The notes under the pieces are model-generated. The model saw only the letters and a list, made by a program, of their open reading frames with translations. It had not been told where the DNA came from and did no database searches. Positions 25,826-35,988 of a stretch of DNA of 64,000 nucleotides are shown here, piece by piece. A program made the translations under genes and the position numbers. Origin of the DNA: Myxococcota bacterium. Lineage in GTDB: Bacteria; Myxococcota_A; UBA9160; UBA6930. The stretch spans positions 1,504,001-1,568,000 of the forward strand of contig OZ245002.1 of the NCBI GenBank assembly GCA_965223415.1, in the 5' to 3' direction. Numbering within the stretch: position 1 is the stretch's first letter; the number at the start of each line of letters is the position of its first letter.

Positions 25826-26872
25826 CTAGACGGGCTCCCCTTCGATCACCGCGACCGCCCCGAGGGTCGGGACGATCCGGGTGAGCCGGAACCCGGACGC
25901 CTCGTAGAGCCCGCGGAACTCCGCCTCGGAGCGCTGCCGCCCGCCCGTCGACACGAGCATGTTGACGTCGTTCTGGGCCGCCCCCATCGAAGGCAGGCTG
26001 CCGTCGATGCGAGCCGGGTAGACGCCTTCGACGAGGAGCAGCTTCCCGTCGTCGTGCATCGCGGCCCGGCAGCGCGCGAGGATACGCGTGGCGTCCTCGT
26101 CGTCCCAATCGTGGATGACGTGCTTCAGGAGGTACGCGTCGGCTCCGGCCACGACGTCTTCGAAGAAGCTCCCCTCGGAGACGTCGATCCGCTCGGCCAT
26201 GCCGGCCCGGGCGATCTCGGCCCGGGCGCGCGCCGCCACCTTCGGCCGCTCGAACACGACGCCGCGCGGTCCCTCCTGGGCTTTCAGGATCCCGATCAGC
26301 AGCGCACCGTTGCCTCCGCCGACGTCGGCGACCGTCGAGAAGGCCGAGAAGTCGTAGGCAGCTGCGACCAGGCCCGCCGTCTGCGAGGTGAAGGCGGCCA
26401 TGGCTTCGTCGAAGACCGCGGCCTGCTCCGGATCCCAGCTCTCGTCGTCGAACGCGCCGCGGTCGGGCGCGTCCTTCCGGAAGGCCGGATTCCCGGTGCG
26501 CACGCAGTACTCCAGCTCCCTCCAGCCGTCCTGGATCCCGACTCCCGCGAAGAGCATCACGGCCGCACGCATGGACCCGGGGACGTCGGAGCGCAGGGGC
26601 TCGGAGAGCGGCGTCCCGGCGAAGCGCCCGTCGTCCTGCTCCTCGAAGATACCCGAGGCCGCCAGCAGGCGGAGCACGCGTCGCAGCGAGGGCGCGTGGC
26701 CGTCGAAGCCGGCCGCAAGCTCCTCGGCGCTGCGGGGGCCCTCGGCGAGCGCTTCGGCGAGCTCGAGTTTCGCCGCGAGGAAGAGCGCCCGGGAGAGATA
26801 GTGCCCCACCGCCATCTGGTGGAGCGCCAGCATCGGCGGAAGCTGGGCGACGGTCTGCGGGTTCGTCGCCAT
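25826..26872 (-). CDS. SAM-dependent O-methyltransferase with dimerisation domain
   Basis: ADVGGGNG, GSFF, LLKHVIHDWDD, GGRQRS..EF. Confidence 0.92.
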   Translation of the reverse strand: MATNPQTVAQLPPMLALHQMAVGHYLSRALFLAAKLELAEALAEGPRSAEELAAGFDGHAPSLRRVLRLLAASGIFEEQDDGRFAGTPLSEPLRSDVPGSMRAAVMLFAGVGIQDGWRELEYCVRTGNPAFRKDAPDRGAFDDESWDPEQAAVFDEAMAAFTSQTAGLVAAAYDFSAFSTVADVGGGNGALLIGILKAQEGPRGVVFERPKVAARARAEIARAGMAERIDVSEGSFFEDVVAGADAYLLKHVIHDWDDEDATRILARCRAAMHDDGKLLLVEGVYPARIDGSLPSMGAAQNDVNMLVSTGGRQRSEAEFRGLYEASGFRLTRIVPTLGAVAVIEGEPV

Positions 26873-26874
26873 GG

Positions 26875-27285
26875 CTAGGCGTCGGCGAAGGGATCGTAGG
26901 AGCCGAAGCTCCAGACGTTGCCCTCCAGATCGAGGGCGCCGTAGCCGGAGCCGCCGTAGTCCTTGTCCTCGAGCTCCATGACGATCCGGGCGCCGGCCGC
27001 CTTCGCGCGCTCGTAGTGGGCCTTGCAGTCCGCGACGATCACGTACGGGCTCTGGGAGTTGCCTCCGACCTGCTGGGCCGGCTTCACGAACTGGCCCCAC
27101 TCGTCGTCGCTGGCGCTGCCCAGCATGATCATGCTCGAGCCGAAGCGGAGCTGGGCGTGGGCGATGCGGCCGTCGTCCTCGGCGACGACCATCTGCTTCT
27201 CGAAGCCGAAGGCCTCGCACAGCCAGTCGATGGCCTTGGGCGCATCCTGATAGCGAAGGGTGGGAACGATCGTGGGCGTGCTCAT
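26875..27285 (-). CDS. VOC / glyoxalase family protein
   Basis: PTLRYQDA..AIDWL..AFGF, HAQL.FG, DLEGNVWSFGSY. Confidence 0.9.
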   Translation of the reverse strand: MSTPTIVPTLRYQDAPKAIDWLCEAFGFEKQMVVAEDDGRIAHAQLRFGSSMIMLGSASDDEWGQFVKPAQQVGGNSQSPYVIVADCKAHYERAKAAGARIVMELEDKDYGGSGYGALDLEGNVWSFGSYDPFADA

Positions 27286-27357
27286 GGCGTTCCTCCTGGG
27301 TTGGAAAGGGAAGCCTAGGCCGAGGAGGCCGCGCGGCTCTTGTAGAAAACCGCCGCC

Positions 27358-27723
27358 TCAATCGGCCTCGGGAAGGCTCCGTGCGGGCAGCATCCTCCCG
27401 AGGAGCTCGGTCGGCGAGCTTCCCGAGAAGGCGCGGAACTCCTTCACCAGGTGCGCCTGGTCGTGGTAGCCGCAACGGAGCGCGATCTGCCGCTTCTCGC
27501 TCCAGCCCAGCTCGCCGGCCAGGTCGCGGATGCGGAGCGTGCCCGCCGTCGCCTCCAGCCGTCGCCAGGCGAACTCGAAGAACCGACATCGCTCCCGGTC
27601 GGCCAGCTCGCCCAGCAGGAAGCCGGCGAGCCGGAGGCGCGGGTCCGGCTCCCGCGGCGCGACCATCCACCCGCCGATCACCGGCGGGGCGTCTCGCTCG
27701 GGGGTCTGGGCGGCGGTCGCCAT
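27358..27723 (-). pseudogene. Internally deleted AraC-family regulator
   Basis: IRDLAGELGWSEKR is joined directly to QIALRCGYHDQAHLVKEF, so the inter-HTH segment and most of the N-terminal domain are missing. Confidence 0.7.
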
Positions 27724-27766
27724 CGCGCGATTTCACCCGAGGTCGACACGGGATGCAAGCCGGGGG

Positions 27767-28267
27767 TCACCCGGGGCGAGCGACGGCGAGCTGGTACCTC
27801 GCGACGTGGACGCCTCGGACCGTGCGGTCGCTGTGGTACCGGAAGCCCTGCCGCTCGTACGTCGCCCGAAGCCTCTGGCGCGTCGACTCGCAATCGAGGC
27901 GGACGTACCGGGCCCCGCGCGCGACCGCCGTCTCCCCGGCGTGGGCGAGCAGGGCCGCCGAGACTTCGCCCCCGGCGGCGACGCGCCGGACGGCGAGGCG
28001 ATGCACGTAGATGGCCTCCCCCGGCGAGGCCTCGGGCCAGAAGAGCTCGTCCGCGTCGGTCAGGCGCATCGTGCCGAGCGCTCTCCCGGCGTCCCAGGCC
28101 AGGACGAAGAGCCCCTCCCGGCAGTCCGGGGCGACACGATCGACGAAGACCTGCTCCGGGGTCCAGAGCGGCTCGCCCAGGTCGCGGAGCCAGACCGCCG
28201 CCTCGGAGAGGATTCCGGACACGATGGCTGCCTCGTCGGGCGCGGCGAGCTGGATGGCGAGCTCCAT
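27767..28267 (-). CDS. GNAT N-acetyltransferase
   Basis: YVHRLAVRR, VRLDC, LRATYERQGF. Confidence 0.88.
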   Translation of the reverse strand: MELAIQLAAPDEAAIVSGILSEAAVWLRDLGEPLWTPEQVFVDRVAPDCREGLFVLAWDAGRALGTMRLTDADELFWPEASPGEAIYVHRLAVRRVAAGGEVSAALLAHAGETAVARGARYVRLDCESTRQRLRATYERQGFRYHSDRTVRGVHVARYQLAVARPG

Positions 28268-28328
28268 GCCGGCCGGAGCCTACGTCATCGGCAGCGGGAC
28301 CCGCAGAACGGCGCTGGAGGATCGGCCC

Positions 28329-29249
28329 CTACGCGTGCTGCGCGTAGATGTCCATGATCTCGTGGAGCAGATCGATCGCCTCGGTCTTCTCGCGCTGGAA
28401 CGAGTTCCGGCCGATGATCGAGCCGAAGCCTCCGCCCTCGGCGATGCCGCGGATCTCCTCGAGCACGCCCTCGCGGCCCTTGGCGGCGCCGCCGGAGAAG
28501 ATCACGATGCGGCGGCCGTTGAAGGCGCTCTGCACGACGTGACGCACGCGATCGGCGAGGGTCGCGATCGGGACGTTCTCCGCCTCGTAGACCTTGCGGG
28601 CCGCGTCCTGCTCGATCAGCTCCGTCGGCGGCTTCACCTTGATGATGTGGGCGCCGAGCTGGCTGGCGATCTGTGCGGCGTAGGCGGCCACGTCGACCGA
28701 CGTCTCGCCGTCCTTGGAGATGCCGGAGCCGCGCGGGTAGCTCCACACCACCGAGGCCAGGCCCTTGGCCTTCGCCTCCTGGGTGAGCTCGCGAATCTGC
28801 TGGTACATCTCGTTGCGGTTGGCAGACGCGGGATAGATCGTGAAGCCGATCGCGGCGCAGCCCAGTCGCAGGGCCTCGTCGACGCTGCCGGTCACCGCCG
28901 GGCAGGGATCGGAGCCGCCGTAGAGCGAATCCGAGTTGTTGAGCTTCAGGATCAGCGGGATCTGGCCGGCGAACTCCGCGGCTCCCGCCTCGAGGAAGCC
29001 GAGGGGCGCGGCGTAGGCGTTGCAGCCGGCGTCGATGCCGAGCTCGAAGTGGTAGCGCGGGTCGTAGCCCAGCGGGTTCTTGGCAAAGCTTCGCGCCGGC
29101 CCGTGCTCGAAGCCCTGGTCCACCGGCAGGATCACGACCTTGCCGGTTCCGCCGAGACGCCCGTGATCGAGGATCCGAGCCAGGTTGGTGAGCGTTCCCG
29201 GGTTGTCACTGCCGTACCAGGAGAGGATTTCCTTGACGCGCTTGCTCAT
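28329..29249 (-). CDS. fbaB: Class I fructose-bisphosphate aldolase (DhnA/FbaB)
   Basis: ILPVDQGFEHG, WSYPRG, AHIIKVK, IIGRNSFQR. Confidence 0.93.
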   Translation of the reverse strand: MSKRVKEILSWYGSDNPGTLTNLARILDHGRLGGTGKVVILPVDQGFEHGPARSFAKNPLGYDPRYHFELGIDAGCNAYAAPLGFLEAGAAEFAGQIPLILKLNNSDSLYGGSDPCPAVTGSVDEALRLGCAAIGFTIYPASANRNEMYQQIRELTQEAKAKGLASVVWSYPRGSGISKDGETSVDVAAYAAQIASQLGAHIIKVKPPTELIEQDAARKVYEAENVPIATLADRVRHVVQSAFNGRRIVIFSGGAAKGREGVLEEIRGIAEGGGFGSIIGRNSFQREKTEAIDLLHEIMDIYAQHA

Positions 29250-29438
29250 GGCCCCGTAGACCTCCGAGAGAGAATGGGGGCGCCACTCCCCCCGCGGGGG
29301 GTGCGACGCTGAAGGCGTGATGGATAGCAGACCCGCTCGGGCCGGGTCGAGCGCTCGTGGGTGACCGGCCGCCGCCGCAAGGTGACGACCGCCCAAGGGC
29401 CCCCTAGCCTCGGTGCCCACTCGAGGAGGCGGAACGAC

Positions 29439-30041
29439 ATGACGACCGGATCCCACCGGTGGCTCGCGATGTTCGGGGTGCTGCTGCTCTGCGCATCCGG
29501 TGCGCAGGCCGAAGGCGAACCCGCCACCCCCACCGCGAAGGAGAAGCCCGTGGTCATCCTGACGACGTCCAAGGGGACGATCGAGATCGAGCTCGACAAC
29601 GAGAAGGCGCCGATCAGCGCCGAGAACTTCCTGGCCTACGTGGATTCGGGCCACTACGACGGGACGATCTTCCACCGCGTGATCCCGGGCTTCATGGTCC
29701 AGGGCGGCGGCTTCACCGCGGACATGGACCAGAAGGACACGAAGGCGCCAATCAAGAACGAGGCGACGAACGGCCTCAAGAACGACCGTGGCACTCTGGC
29801 CATGGCGCGCACCAACGTGGTCGACAGCGCCACGTCCCAGTTCTTCGTCAACGTCGTCGACAACGAGTTCTTGAACCACTCGAGCCCCGACCCCCGCGGC
29901 TACGGCTACGCCGTGTTCGGCCGCGTCGCCTCGGGGATGGACGTGGTGGACGCCATCGTCGGCGTGCCCACGGGCAACCGCGGCGGTCACGGCGACGTGC
30001 CCAACGAGCCGATCGTCATCGAATCAGCGAAGCGGAAGTAG
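29439..30041 (+). CDS. ppiA: Exported cyclophilin-type peptidyl-prolyl isomerase
   Basis: Signal peptide; [32 protein letters not shown]. Confidence 0.93.
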   Translation: MTTGSHRWLAMFGVLLLCASGAQAEGEPATPTAKEKPVVILTTSKGTIEIELDNEKAPISAENFLAYVDSGHYDGTIFHRVIPGFMVQGGGFTADMDQKDTKAPIKNEATNGLKNDRGTLAMARTNVVDSATSQFFVNVVDNEFLNHSSPDPRGYGYAVFGRVASGMDVVDAIVGVPTGNRGGHGDVPNEPIVIESAKRK

Positions 30042-30048
30042 CGCGCAG

Positions 30049-30060
30049 AGGAACGTCCCC
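30049..30060 (-). repeat. Solo copy of the family-B core GGGGACGTTCCT
   Basis: AGGAACGTCCCC, 7 nt after the cyclophilin stop codon. Confidence 0.5.
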
Positions 30061-30118
30061 CGGCTAGCGCGAGAGCAACGGGGCGCGGCGCCAGGCAGCG
30101 GCTGGGGGCTCACCGACG

Positions 30119-31285
30119 TCAGGCGGGCCGGCCGAGCCTCCGCGCCAGGTGCCGCACGGCGATCGCCGCCTCGTCCGGCGGGACGGCCGTGTAGCAGAGC
30201 CGCACCCAGTCGGCATAGTCGCTGCCGGACGAGGCCCCGGGCGAGAGCACGACGCCGTCGTCGAGGCAGTCCTCCAGGAAGCCCAGCAAGCCACGCTCGT
30301 CCAGGGCGGCGGCGACATCGACGAACAGGAAGCAGGAGCCCCCGGGCGCCGGCAGGCCCAGGGCCGCGGCCGCGTCCTCGCCGGCCTTGCGATAGAGCTC
30401 GCGGGCGTTCGCCACCCAGGCGCCGCCGCTCTCCAGGGCCCGCAGCGCGGCGAGCTGGCCGGCGTGGGGCGCATGATAGGCGGAGTGCACGCTCACCTTG
30501 TGGGCCTCGGCGATCACCGGTACCGGACCGGCCAGGTAGCCCACGCGGTTCCCGGCGGTTCCGTAGGCCTTCGAGAAGGAGTGGGCGACGACCGTCCGCT
30601 CCGGCGCGAAACGCGCCAGCGAGACGTGGGCCGCGTCGTAGACGTAGTCTTCGTACACCTCGTCCGAGAGCAGCCACAGATCGTGGCGGCGGACGAGGCC
30701 GGCCACGGCCTCGAGCCACTCCGGCGGCAGCACGCGGCCCGTCGGGTTCGACGGCGTGCACAGGTAGAGGGCGACGCTGCGGCTGCCGATGCGGCGCTCG
30801 ATGGCGCGAAGCGCATCGTCCACCGAGTGCACCCGATCGTAGAAGGGCACCTCGACGGGCACGCCCCGCTGGGATTGCACAATGCCGCGGATCAGCGGCC
30901 AGAACGGTGCGAGGATCAGCACCTCTTCGCCGGGATCGACGAGGGCGCTGACGGCGCAGGCCAGCCCGCTGGTGGCGCCCGCGGTGACGAGCACTTCGTC
31001 CGGCCCGCGGACGGGCGTTCCCTTCGCGCGGAGCGTCTCGACGAGGGCGTCGACCAGGGCGGGGAGGCCGCCGGTCTCGCAGTAGCGGTGCAGGCCCGGC
31101 TGGTCGCGGGTCGCGAGGTCCTCCATTCGGCCGCCCTCGAAGGGCTCCATCCAGGTGTCGCCCACGTTCAGCGGGTAGATCGGGCCCGGATGCCGGCGGA
31201 CCCGATCCGCCAGGGGCGAGTAGACCGAGGCGGGCATCGCGGCCACCGCGCGCGCGGCGGGGAGGGCGGAGCCGGGGCGAGGCAT
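30119..31285 (-). CDS. PLP-dependent aminotransferase, class I/II
   Basis: PSNPTG, SDEVY, SFSKAYG..G.RVG. Confidence 0.92.
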   Translation of the reverse strand: MPRPGSALPAARAVAAMPASVYSPLADRVRRHPGPIYPLNVGDTWMEPFEGGRMEDLATRDQPGLHRYCETGGLPALVDALVETLRAKGTPVRGPDEVLVTAGATSGLACAVSALVDPGEEVLILAPFWPLIRGIVQSQRGVPVEVPFYDRVHSVDDALRAIERRIGSRSVALYLCTPSNPTGRVLPPEWLEAVAGLVRRHDLWLLSDEVYEDYVYDAAHVSLARFAPERTVVAHSFSKAYGTAGNRVGYLAGPVPVIAEAHKVSVHSAYHAPHAGQLAALRALESGGAWVANARELYRKAGEDAAAALGLPAPGGSCFLFVDVAAALDERGLLGFLEDCLDDGVVLSPGASSGSDYADWVRLCYTAVPPDEAAIAVRHLARRLGRPA

Positions 31286-31368
31286 GGCAGGGAACGCTAC
31301 CGCAGGGGCGGGAGGTCCATGTCCGTTTTCCGCGAGCCCTCCCAGGCCGGGCGGGGTATCACGGGGGT

Positions 31369-32820
31369 ATGCGGCTCGACCCGGCCACCTGCGAGCGGGC
31401 CCGGCGCGCCCGGGACCCGCGCTTCGACGGGCGTTTCTTCATCGGCGTGCGCACGACCGGCGTCTACTGCCGGCCGGTCTGCCCCGCGATGCCGAAGGCC
31501 GAGAACGTGCGCTTCTACCCGACCGCCGCCGCCTGCGAGGCCGAGGGCTTCCGCGCCTGCCGCCGCTGCCGACCGGAGACGGCGCCGGGCACCCCGGCCT
31601 GGGCTGGCGCCTCGGCCACCGTCGCCCGGGCGCTGCGATTGATCCAGGAAGGCGCCCTGGACCGGGGCTCCGTCGAGGCGCTGGCGGCGCGGGTCGGTGT
31701 GGGTGCGCGCCAGCTGCGGCGGCTCTTCACGGAGCACCTCGGCGCCTCTCCCCTCGCCCTGGCCCGGACCCGGCGAGCCCACTTCGCCAGGCGCCTCCTC
31801 GACGAGACCGCCTGGCCGATGCACGACGTCGCCCTGGCCGCGGGCTTCGGCAGCCTGCGCCAGTTCAACGACACCGTGCGCGAGACCTTCGGGCGCACGC
31901 CGAGCGAGCTGCGCGGCCGGGCACCCCGCGCCGGCGGGGACCCTGGGGAGGCGAGCCTGCGGCTCCCCTATCGGGCCCCGTTCGACTTCCAGGGCCTGCT
32001 CGCCTTCCTGGAGCCACGGCTGCTTCCCGGTGTCGAGAGCATCGAGGGGACGACCTTCCGCCGCGTGGTCCCGGGCGGTGACGAGCCGGCCTGGCTCGAG
32101 GTCTCGCCGCTCCCGGACGGGGGCGCGCTCCGCCTGCGCACGTCCGGGATCCCGCCCGCGCGGCTCGGGGAGGTGGTCGAGCGGGTGCGCCGCGTGTTCG
32201 ACCTGGCAGCGGATCCCCACGCGGTCGCTTCGGACCTGGGCGCGGATCCGCGGCTCGGACCGGTGGTGGCGGCCCGGCCGGGCCTGCGGGTGCCCGGCGC
32301 GTTCGAGCCCTTCGAGATGGCGGTGCGTGTCGTCCTGGGTCAGCAGGTCTCGGTGAAGGGCGCGACGACCCTGGCCGGACGGCTGATCCGCGCCGCCGGC
32401 AAGCCGGCCGCGGGCCTGCCCCACGGTCTCGCCTTCCTCTTTCCCACACCGGAGGCCCTCGCCCGGGCCGACCTCACCGGCATCGGCATGCCCGGCGGGC
32501 GGGCCCGGGCCGTGGGCGCGCTGGCCGCCGCCGTGGCCGAGGGCCGTGTGCGCCTGGGGGGGGAGGACGAGTCCGAGGCAGTGCAGACCGCCCTCTGCGA
32601 GCTCCCGGGCATCGGCCCCTGGACGGCCCAGGTGATCGCGCTGCGCGCCCTCGGCGATCCGGACGTGTTTCCGGCCGGCGATCTGGGGCTGCGAAAGGCC
32701 CTGGGGCGGCGCGGCAGGCTCGCCGGCGAGCGCGAAGCGGAGGCCCGGGCCCGGGCGTGGAGGCCCTGGCGCGCCTACGCCGCGCTCTGGCTGTGGGCCG
32801 AGTTAGCATCGAGCGCATGA
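31369..32820 (+). CDS. alkA: Ada zinc domain / AraC / AlkA DNA-3-methyladenine glycosylase fusion
   Basis: TTGVYCRPVCPA, GFRACRRCRP, LGQQVSV, GIGPWTA, WRPWRAYA. Confidence 0.93.
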   Translation: MRLDPATCERARRARDPRFDGRFFIGVRTTGVYCRPVCPAMPKAENVRFYPTAAACEAEGFRACRRCRPETAPGTPAWAGASATVARALRLIQEGALDRGSVEALAARVGVGARQLRRLFTEHLGASPLALARTRRAHFARRLLDETAWPMHDVALAAGFGSLRQFNDTVRETFGRTPSELRGRAPRAGGDPGEASLRLPYRAPFDFQGLLAFLEPRLLPGVESIEGTTFRRVVPGGDEPAWLEVSPLPDGGALRLRTSGIPPARLGEVVERVRRVFDLAADPHAVASDLGADPRLGPVVAARPGLRVPGAFEPFEMAVRVVLGQQVSVKGATTLAGRLIRAAGKPAAGLPHGLAFLFPTPEALARADLTGIGMPGGRARAVGALAAAVAEGRVRLGGEDESEAVQTALCELPGIGPWTAQVIALRALGDPDVFPAGDLGLRKALGRRGRLAGEREAEARARAWRPWRAYAALWLWAELASSA

Positions 32821-33608
32821 CGTACACGACGCTCGACTTGCAGCGAGACGGCTCCGTCGTCTGGTGCACCTTGAACCGTCCCGAAGCGTTGAACGCGCTC
32901 AACCCGACCCTGGTCGACGAGCTGCACGCCTTCTACGACGAGCTGAAGGAGGATCCCTCGGTTCGCGTGGTGGTGCTGCGCGGCGCCGGGCGCGGCTTCT
33001 GCGCCGGCCTCGACCTGAAGGAGCCGGGCTCGGGGGACGGCAGCGTCGGGTCGTCCCTGCGCGGGCAGCACCACATCGCGGAGCTGTCCCTCAAGATGCG
33101 CCGGCTGCCCCAGGTGTTCGTCGCCTGCGTCCACGGCCCGGCCTGCGGCGGCGGCTTCATGCTGGCGCTCGCGTCGGACCTGCGCCTCGCCGGCACGTCC
33201 GCGCGCATGAACGCCGCCTTCATCCGGATCGGCCTCTCGGGCTGCGACGTGGGCGTGAGCTACCTGCTGCCGCGGCTCGTCGGCGCCTCGGTGGCGGCCG
33301 AGCTGATCCTCACCGGTCGCTTCGTCGATGCGGAGCGCGCGCGGGAGCTGGGCCTGGTGTCCTGCGTCGTGCCCGACGACGAGCTGGAGGACGAGGCCCG
33401 CGCGCTCGTCGCCGACCTGCTGCGCACCTCGCCCCTCGGCCTGCGCCTCTCGAAGGAAGCCCTGAACGCGAGCCTCGATATGAACAGCATGGACGCCGTC
33501 GTCGCCATGGAGGACCGCAACCAGGTCCTGTGCGCCCGCACCCGCGACTTCCAGGAAGGCATCCGCGCCTTCCTGGAGAAACGCGACCCGAAGTTCCAGG
33601 ACGCGTAG
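32817..33608 (+). CDS. Enoyl-CoA hydratase / isomerase
   Basis: LNRPEALNAL, FCAGLDL, GGGFMLALASD, FLEKR.P. Confidence 0.93.
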   Translation: MTYTTLDLQRDGSVVWCTLNRPEALNALNPTLVDELHAFYDELKEDPSVRVVVLRGAGRGFCAGLDLKEPGSGDGSVGSSLRGQHHIAELSLKMRRLPQVFVACVHGPACGGGFMLALASDLRLAGTSARMNAAFIRIGLSGCDVGVSYLLPRLVGASVAAELILTGRFVDAERARELGLVSCVVPDDELEDEARALVADLLRTSPLGLRLSKEALNASLDMNSMDAVVAMEDRNQVLCARTRDFQEGIRAFLEKRDPKFQDA

Positions 33609-33704
33609 TGAGACAAGGGGACGTTCCTGTCTGTCTCACTCCCAACAGGTCGCCCAAGGCCCATGTCGAGAAGTGAGACAGACAGGAACGTCCCCTTGTC
33701 TCAC
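33608..33704. repeat. REPIN-like element (family B): 33-bp perfect inverted arms, 31-nt spacer
   Basis: GTGAGACAAGGGGACGTTCCTGTCTGTCTCACT at 33608-33640, exact reverse complement at 33672-33704. Confidence 0.9.
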
Positions 33705-33705
33705 G

Positions 33706-33732
33706 CTCATCTCGAGGGGTCGGGCGGCCGAT
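33706..33732 (+). promoter_or_regulatory. Sigma28/FliA-like promoter
   Basis: CTCATC-N15-GCCGAT. Confidence 0.5.
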
Positions 33733-33741
33733 GGGGACTGC

Positions 33742-33897
33742 ATGCGCTTCGTCGTCTCGGTGGCCCTCGCCCTGTGGATCTTGATCGGTACGGGCGTCCT
33801 GCTCTCCCGCGGTGACGGCGCCGGCCTCGAGGCCGCCTGGCCCGGGATCAGCGCCAGGCTCGGCCTGTTCGAGCGCCCGGCCTCCGAGGGGCCCTAG
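33742..33897 (+). CDS. Small membrane protein (51 aa)
   Basis: MRFVVSVALALWILIGTGVLL single hydrophobic helix; directly downstream of a promoter-like motif. Confidence 0.5.
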   Translation: MRFVVSVALALWILIGTGVLLSRGDGAGLEAAWPGISARLGLFERPASEGP

Positions 33898-33922
33898 CCC
33901 CGCCGTCCGCTAGCCTCAGCTC

Positions 33923-35218
33923 GTGCAGCAGAGTGGGGATTGCTTCGTCGTCGAGGGGGGAAAGCCGGTCTGCGGCCGCCTGCTCCCGGCCGGCAACAAG
34001 AACGAGGCGCTTCCGGTGCTGGCGGCGGCGCTGCTCGCCCCGGGGCCGTCCCGGCTCGCGAACGTGCCCGAGATCCGCGACGTCGGCACCCTGCTGCGCA
34101 TCCTGGCCGAGATGGGTGTGGTCACCTCCCGGGACGCGGCGTCCGACGAGCTCCGGATCGACACGGCGAACCTGGAGGGTGGCGCCCCCAGCGCGGAGCT
34201 GGGCCGGGCCATCCGCGGCTCCTTCCTGCTGGCGCCGGGGCTGCTCCATCGCACGGGCCAGGCGGCGCTGCCCCGGCCGGGAGGCGATCGCATCGGCCGC
34301 CGGCGGATCGACACCCACCTCCACGCCCTGCGGCTACTCGGGGCGGAGGTCGAGACCCGGGAGCGCCAGATCCACCTGAGCCTCACCGGGCGCTTCCGTG
34401 GCACGGACATCTTCTTCGACGAGGCCAGCGTGATGGCCACCGAGAACGCGGTGATGGCGGCTACCGTCGCCGAGGGCACGACCCGCATCGCCAACGCGGC
34501 CTCGGAGCCCCACGTCCAGGGCCTGTGCCGCTACCTGAACGCGATGGGCGCCCGCATCCGCGGCGTCGGCACCAACATGCTCGAGATCGAGGGCGTGCCC
34601 GAGCTCTCGCCTGCGGTGCACCGGATCGGCCCGGACCACATCGAGATCGGCTCGTTCCTCGCCATCGCCGCGATGACCGGCGGCGCGCTCGAGGTGGCCG
34701 ACGTCGTTCCCGACGACCTGCGCATGATCCTGATGGTGTTCGCCCGGCTGGGCGTCGAGGCGCGCCTCGAGGGCACCACCCTGCACGTCCCCGCCAAGCA
34801 GGAGCTCGTGATCCAGGACGACATGGACGGCGCCATCCCCAAGGTGGACGACGCCCCCTGGCCCGGCTTCCCGACCGACCTCTCCTCCATCGCCCTGGTG
34901 CTGGCCACCCAGGCCGCCGGCACCGTGCTGATCCACGAGAAGATGTTCGAGAACCGCCTGTTCTTCGTGGACCGGCTGATCGCGATGGGCGCCCGGGTGG
35001 TGCTGTGCGATCCCCACCGGGCCGTGGTCACCGGCCCCACCCGCCTGCAGGGGGAGACCATCACCTCCCCGGACATCCGTGCGGGAATGGCCCTGATTGC
35101 CGCCGCCCTGTGCGCCGAAGGCCGCTCGGTAATCATGAATGCCCACCAGATCGACCGCGGCTACGAGCGCATCGACGACCGGCTGCGGGCCCTCGGCGCC
35201 CACATCCACCGCACCTGA
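33923..35218 (+). CDS. murA: UDP-N-acetylglucosamine 1-carboxyvinyltransferase (Asp at the Cys115-equivalent position)
   Basis: [44 protein letters not shown]. Confidence 0.95.
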   Translation: MQQSGDCFVVEGGKPVCGRLLPAGNKNEALPVLAAALLAPGPSRLANVPEIRDVGTLLRILAEMGVVTSRDAASDELRIDTANLEGGAPSAELGRAIRGSFLLAPGLLHRTGQAALPRPGGDRIGRRRIDTHLHALRLLGAEVETRERQIHLSLTGRFRGTDIFFDEASVMATENAVMAATVAEGTTRIANAASEPHVQGLCRYLNAMGARIRGVGTNMLEIEGVPELSPAVHRIGPDHIEIGSFLAIAAMTGGALEVADVVPDDLRMILMVFARLGVEARLEGTTLHVPAKQELVIQDDMDGAIPKVDDAPWPGFPTDLSSIALVLATQAAGTVLIHEKMFENRLFFVDRLIAMGARVVLCDPHRAVVTGPTRLQGETITSPDIRAGMALIAAALCAEGRSVIMNAHQIDRGYERIDDRLRALGAHIHRT

Positions 35219-35289
35219 TCCGGGTCGGGGGGCGGCACCCCCCGAATGGGTGAGGCAAGCTCTCCGCGAACCGGGGGGAGCGCGGGCGG

Positions 35290-35988
35290 ATGACGCGGAA
35301 CGAAGAGCGGCGCCGGATGCTGTCCAAGCTGGAGATCTTCTCCCAGCTCGGCGACCGGGAGCTCGAGGAGCTGATCGAGGTCGCCCGCGTCGAGAACGTC
35401 CCGGCCCGCGCCGAGATCTTCCACAAGGGGGACGAGGCCCAGACCCTGTTCGTGATCCTCTCGGGCCGCCTCAAGGTCACCGCAACCTCGGCGGAGGGCG
35501 AAGAGGTGATCCTCTCGATCATGGAGCCCCACGAGACGATCGGCGAGGTGGCGCTCTTCGCCAGCTCGCCGCGCACGGGTACGGTCACCGCCCTCGAGCC
35601 CTGCGAGCTCCTGGTCCTCCACAGGCGGGACCTGATGCGTTTCCTGAAGGCGCGTCCGGAGGTGACGCTCCACGTGCTCGAGATCCTCGCCGGGCGGCTC
35701 CTGCGTCTGAGCGAACGCGTGGAAGATACCCGCTTCCTCAACCTGCCGGGCCGCCTCGCCAAGCAGCTGCTCCGACTCGCGGGTCGCTTCTCGCGTCCGG
35801 CGGAGACCGGTGTGGTCATCGACCTGCGGCTCTCCCAGACGGACCTGGCGGAGATGGCGGGCGCCACCCGCGAGGCCGTCAACAAGCAGATGCAGGCCTG
35901 GAAGCAGGAGGGCATCGTCCACCACAAGAAGGGCCAGGTGACGATCCTGGATCCGGATCGCCTCCGGGGCGAGGCAGGCGAACGTTAG
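35290..35988 (+). CDS. Crp/Fnr family transcriptional regulator
   Basis: cNMP domain GEVAL..PRTGTV; HTH SQTDLAEMAGATREAVNK. Confidence 0.93.
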   Translation: MTRNEERRRMLSKLEIFSQLGDRELEELIEVARVENVPARAEIFHKGDEAQTLFVILSGRLKVTATSAEGEEVILSIMEPHETIGEVALFASSPRTGTVTALEPCELLVLHRRDLMRFLKARPEVTLHVLEILAGRLLRLSERVEDTRFLNLPGRLAKQLLRLAGRFSRPAETGVVIDLRLSQTDLAEMAGATREAVNKQMQAWKQEGIVHHKKGQVTILDPDRLRGEAGER

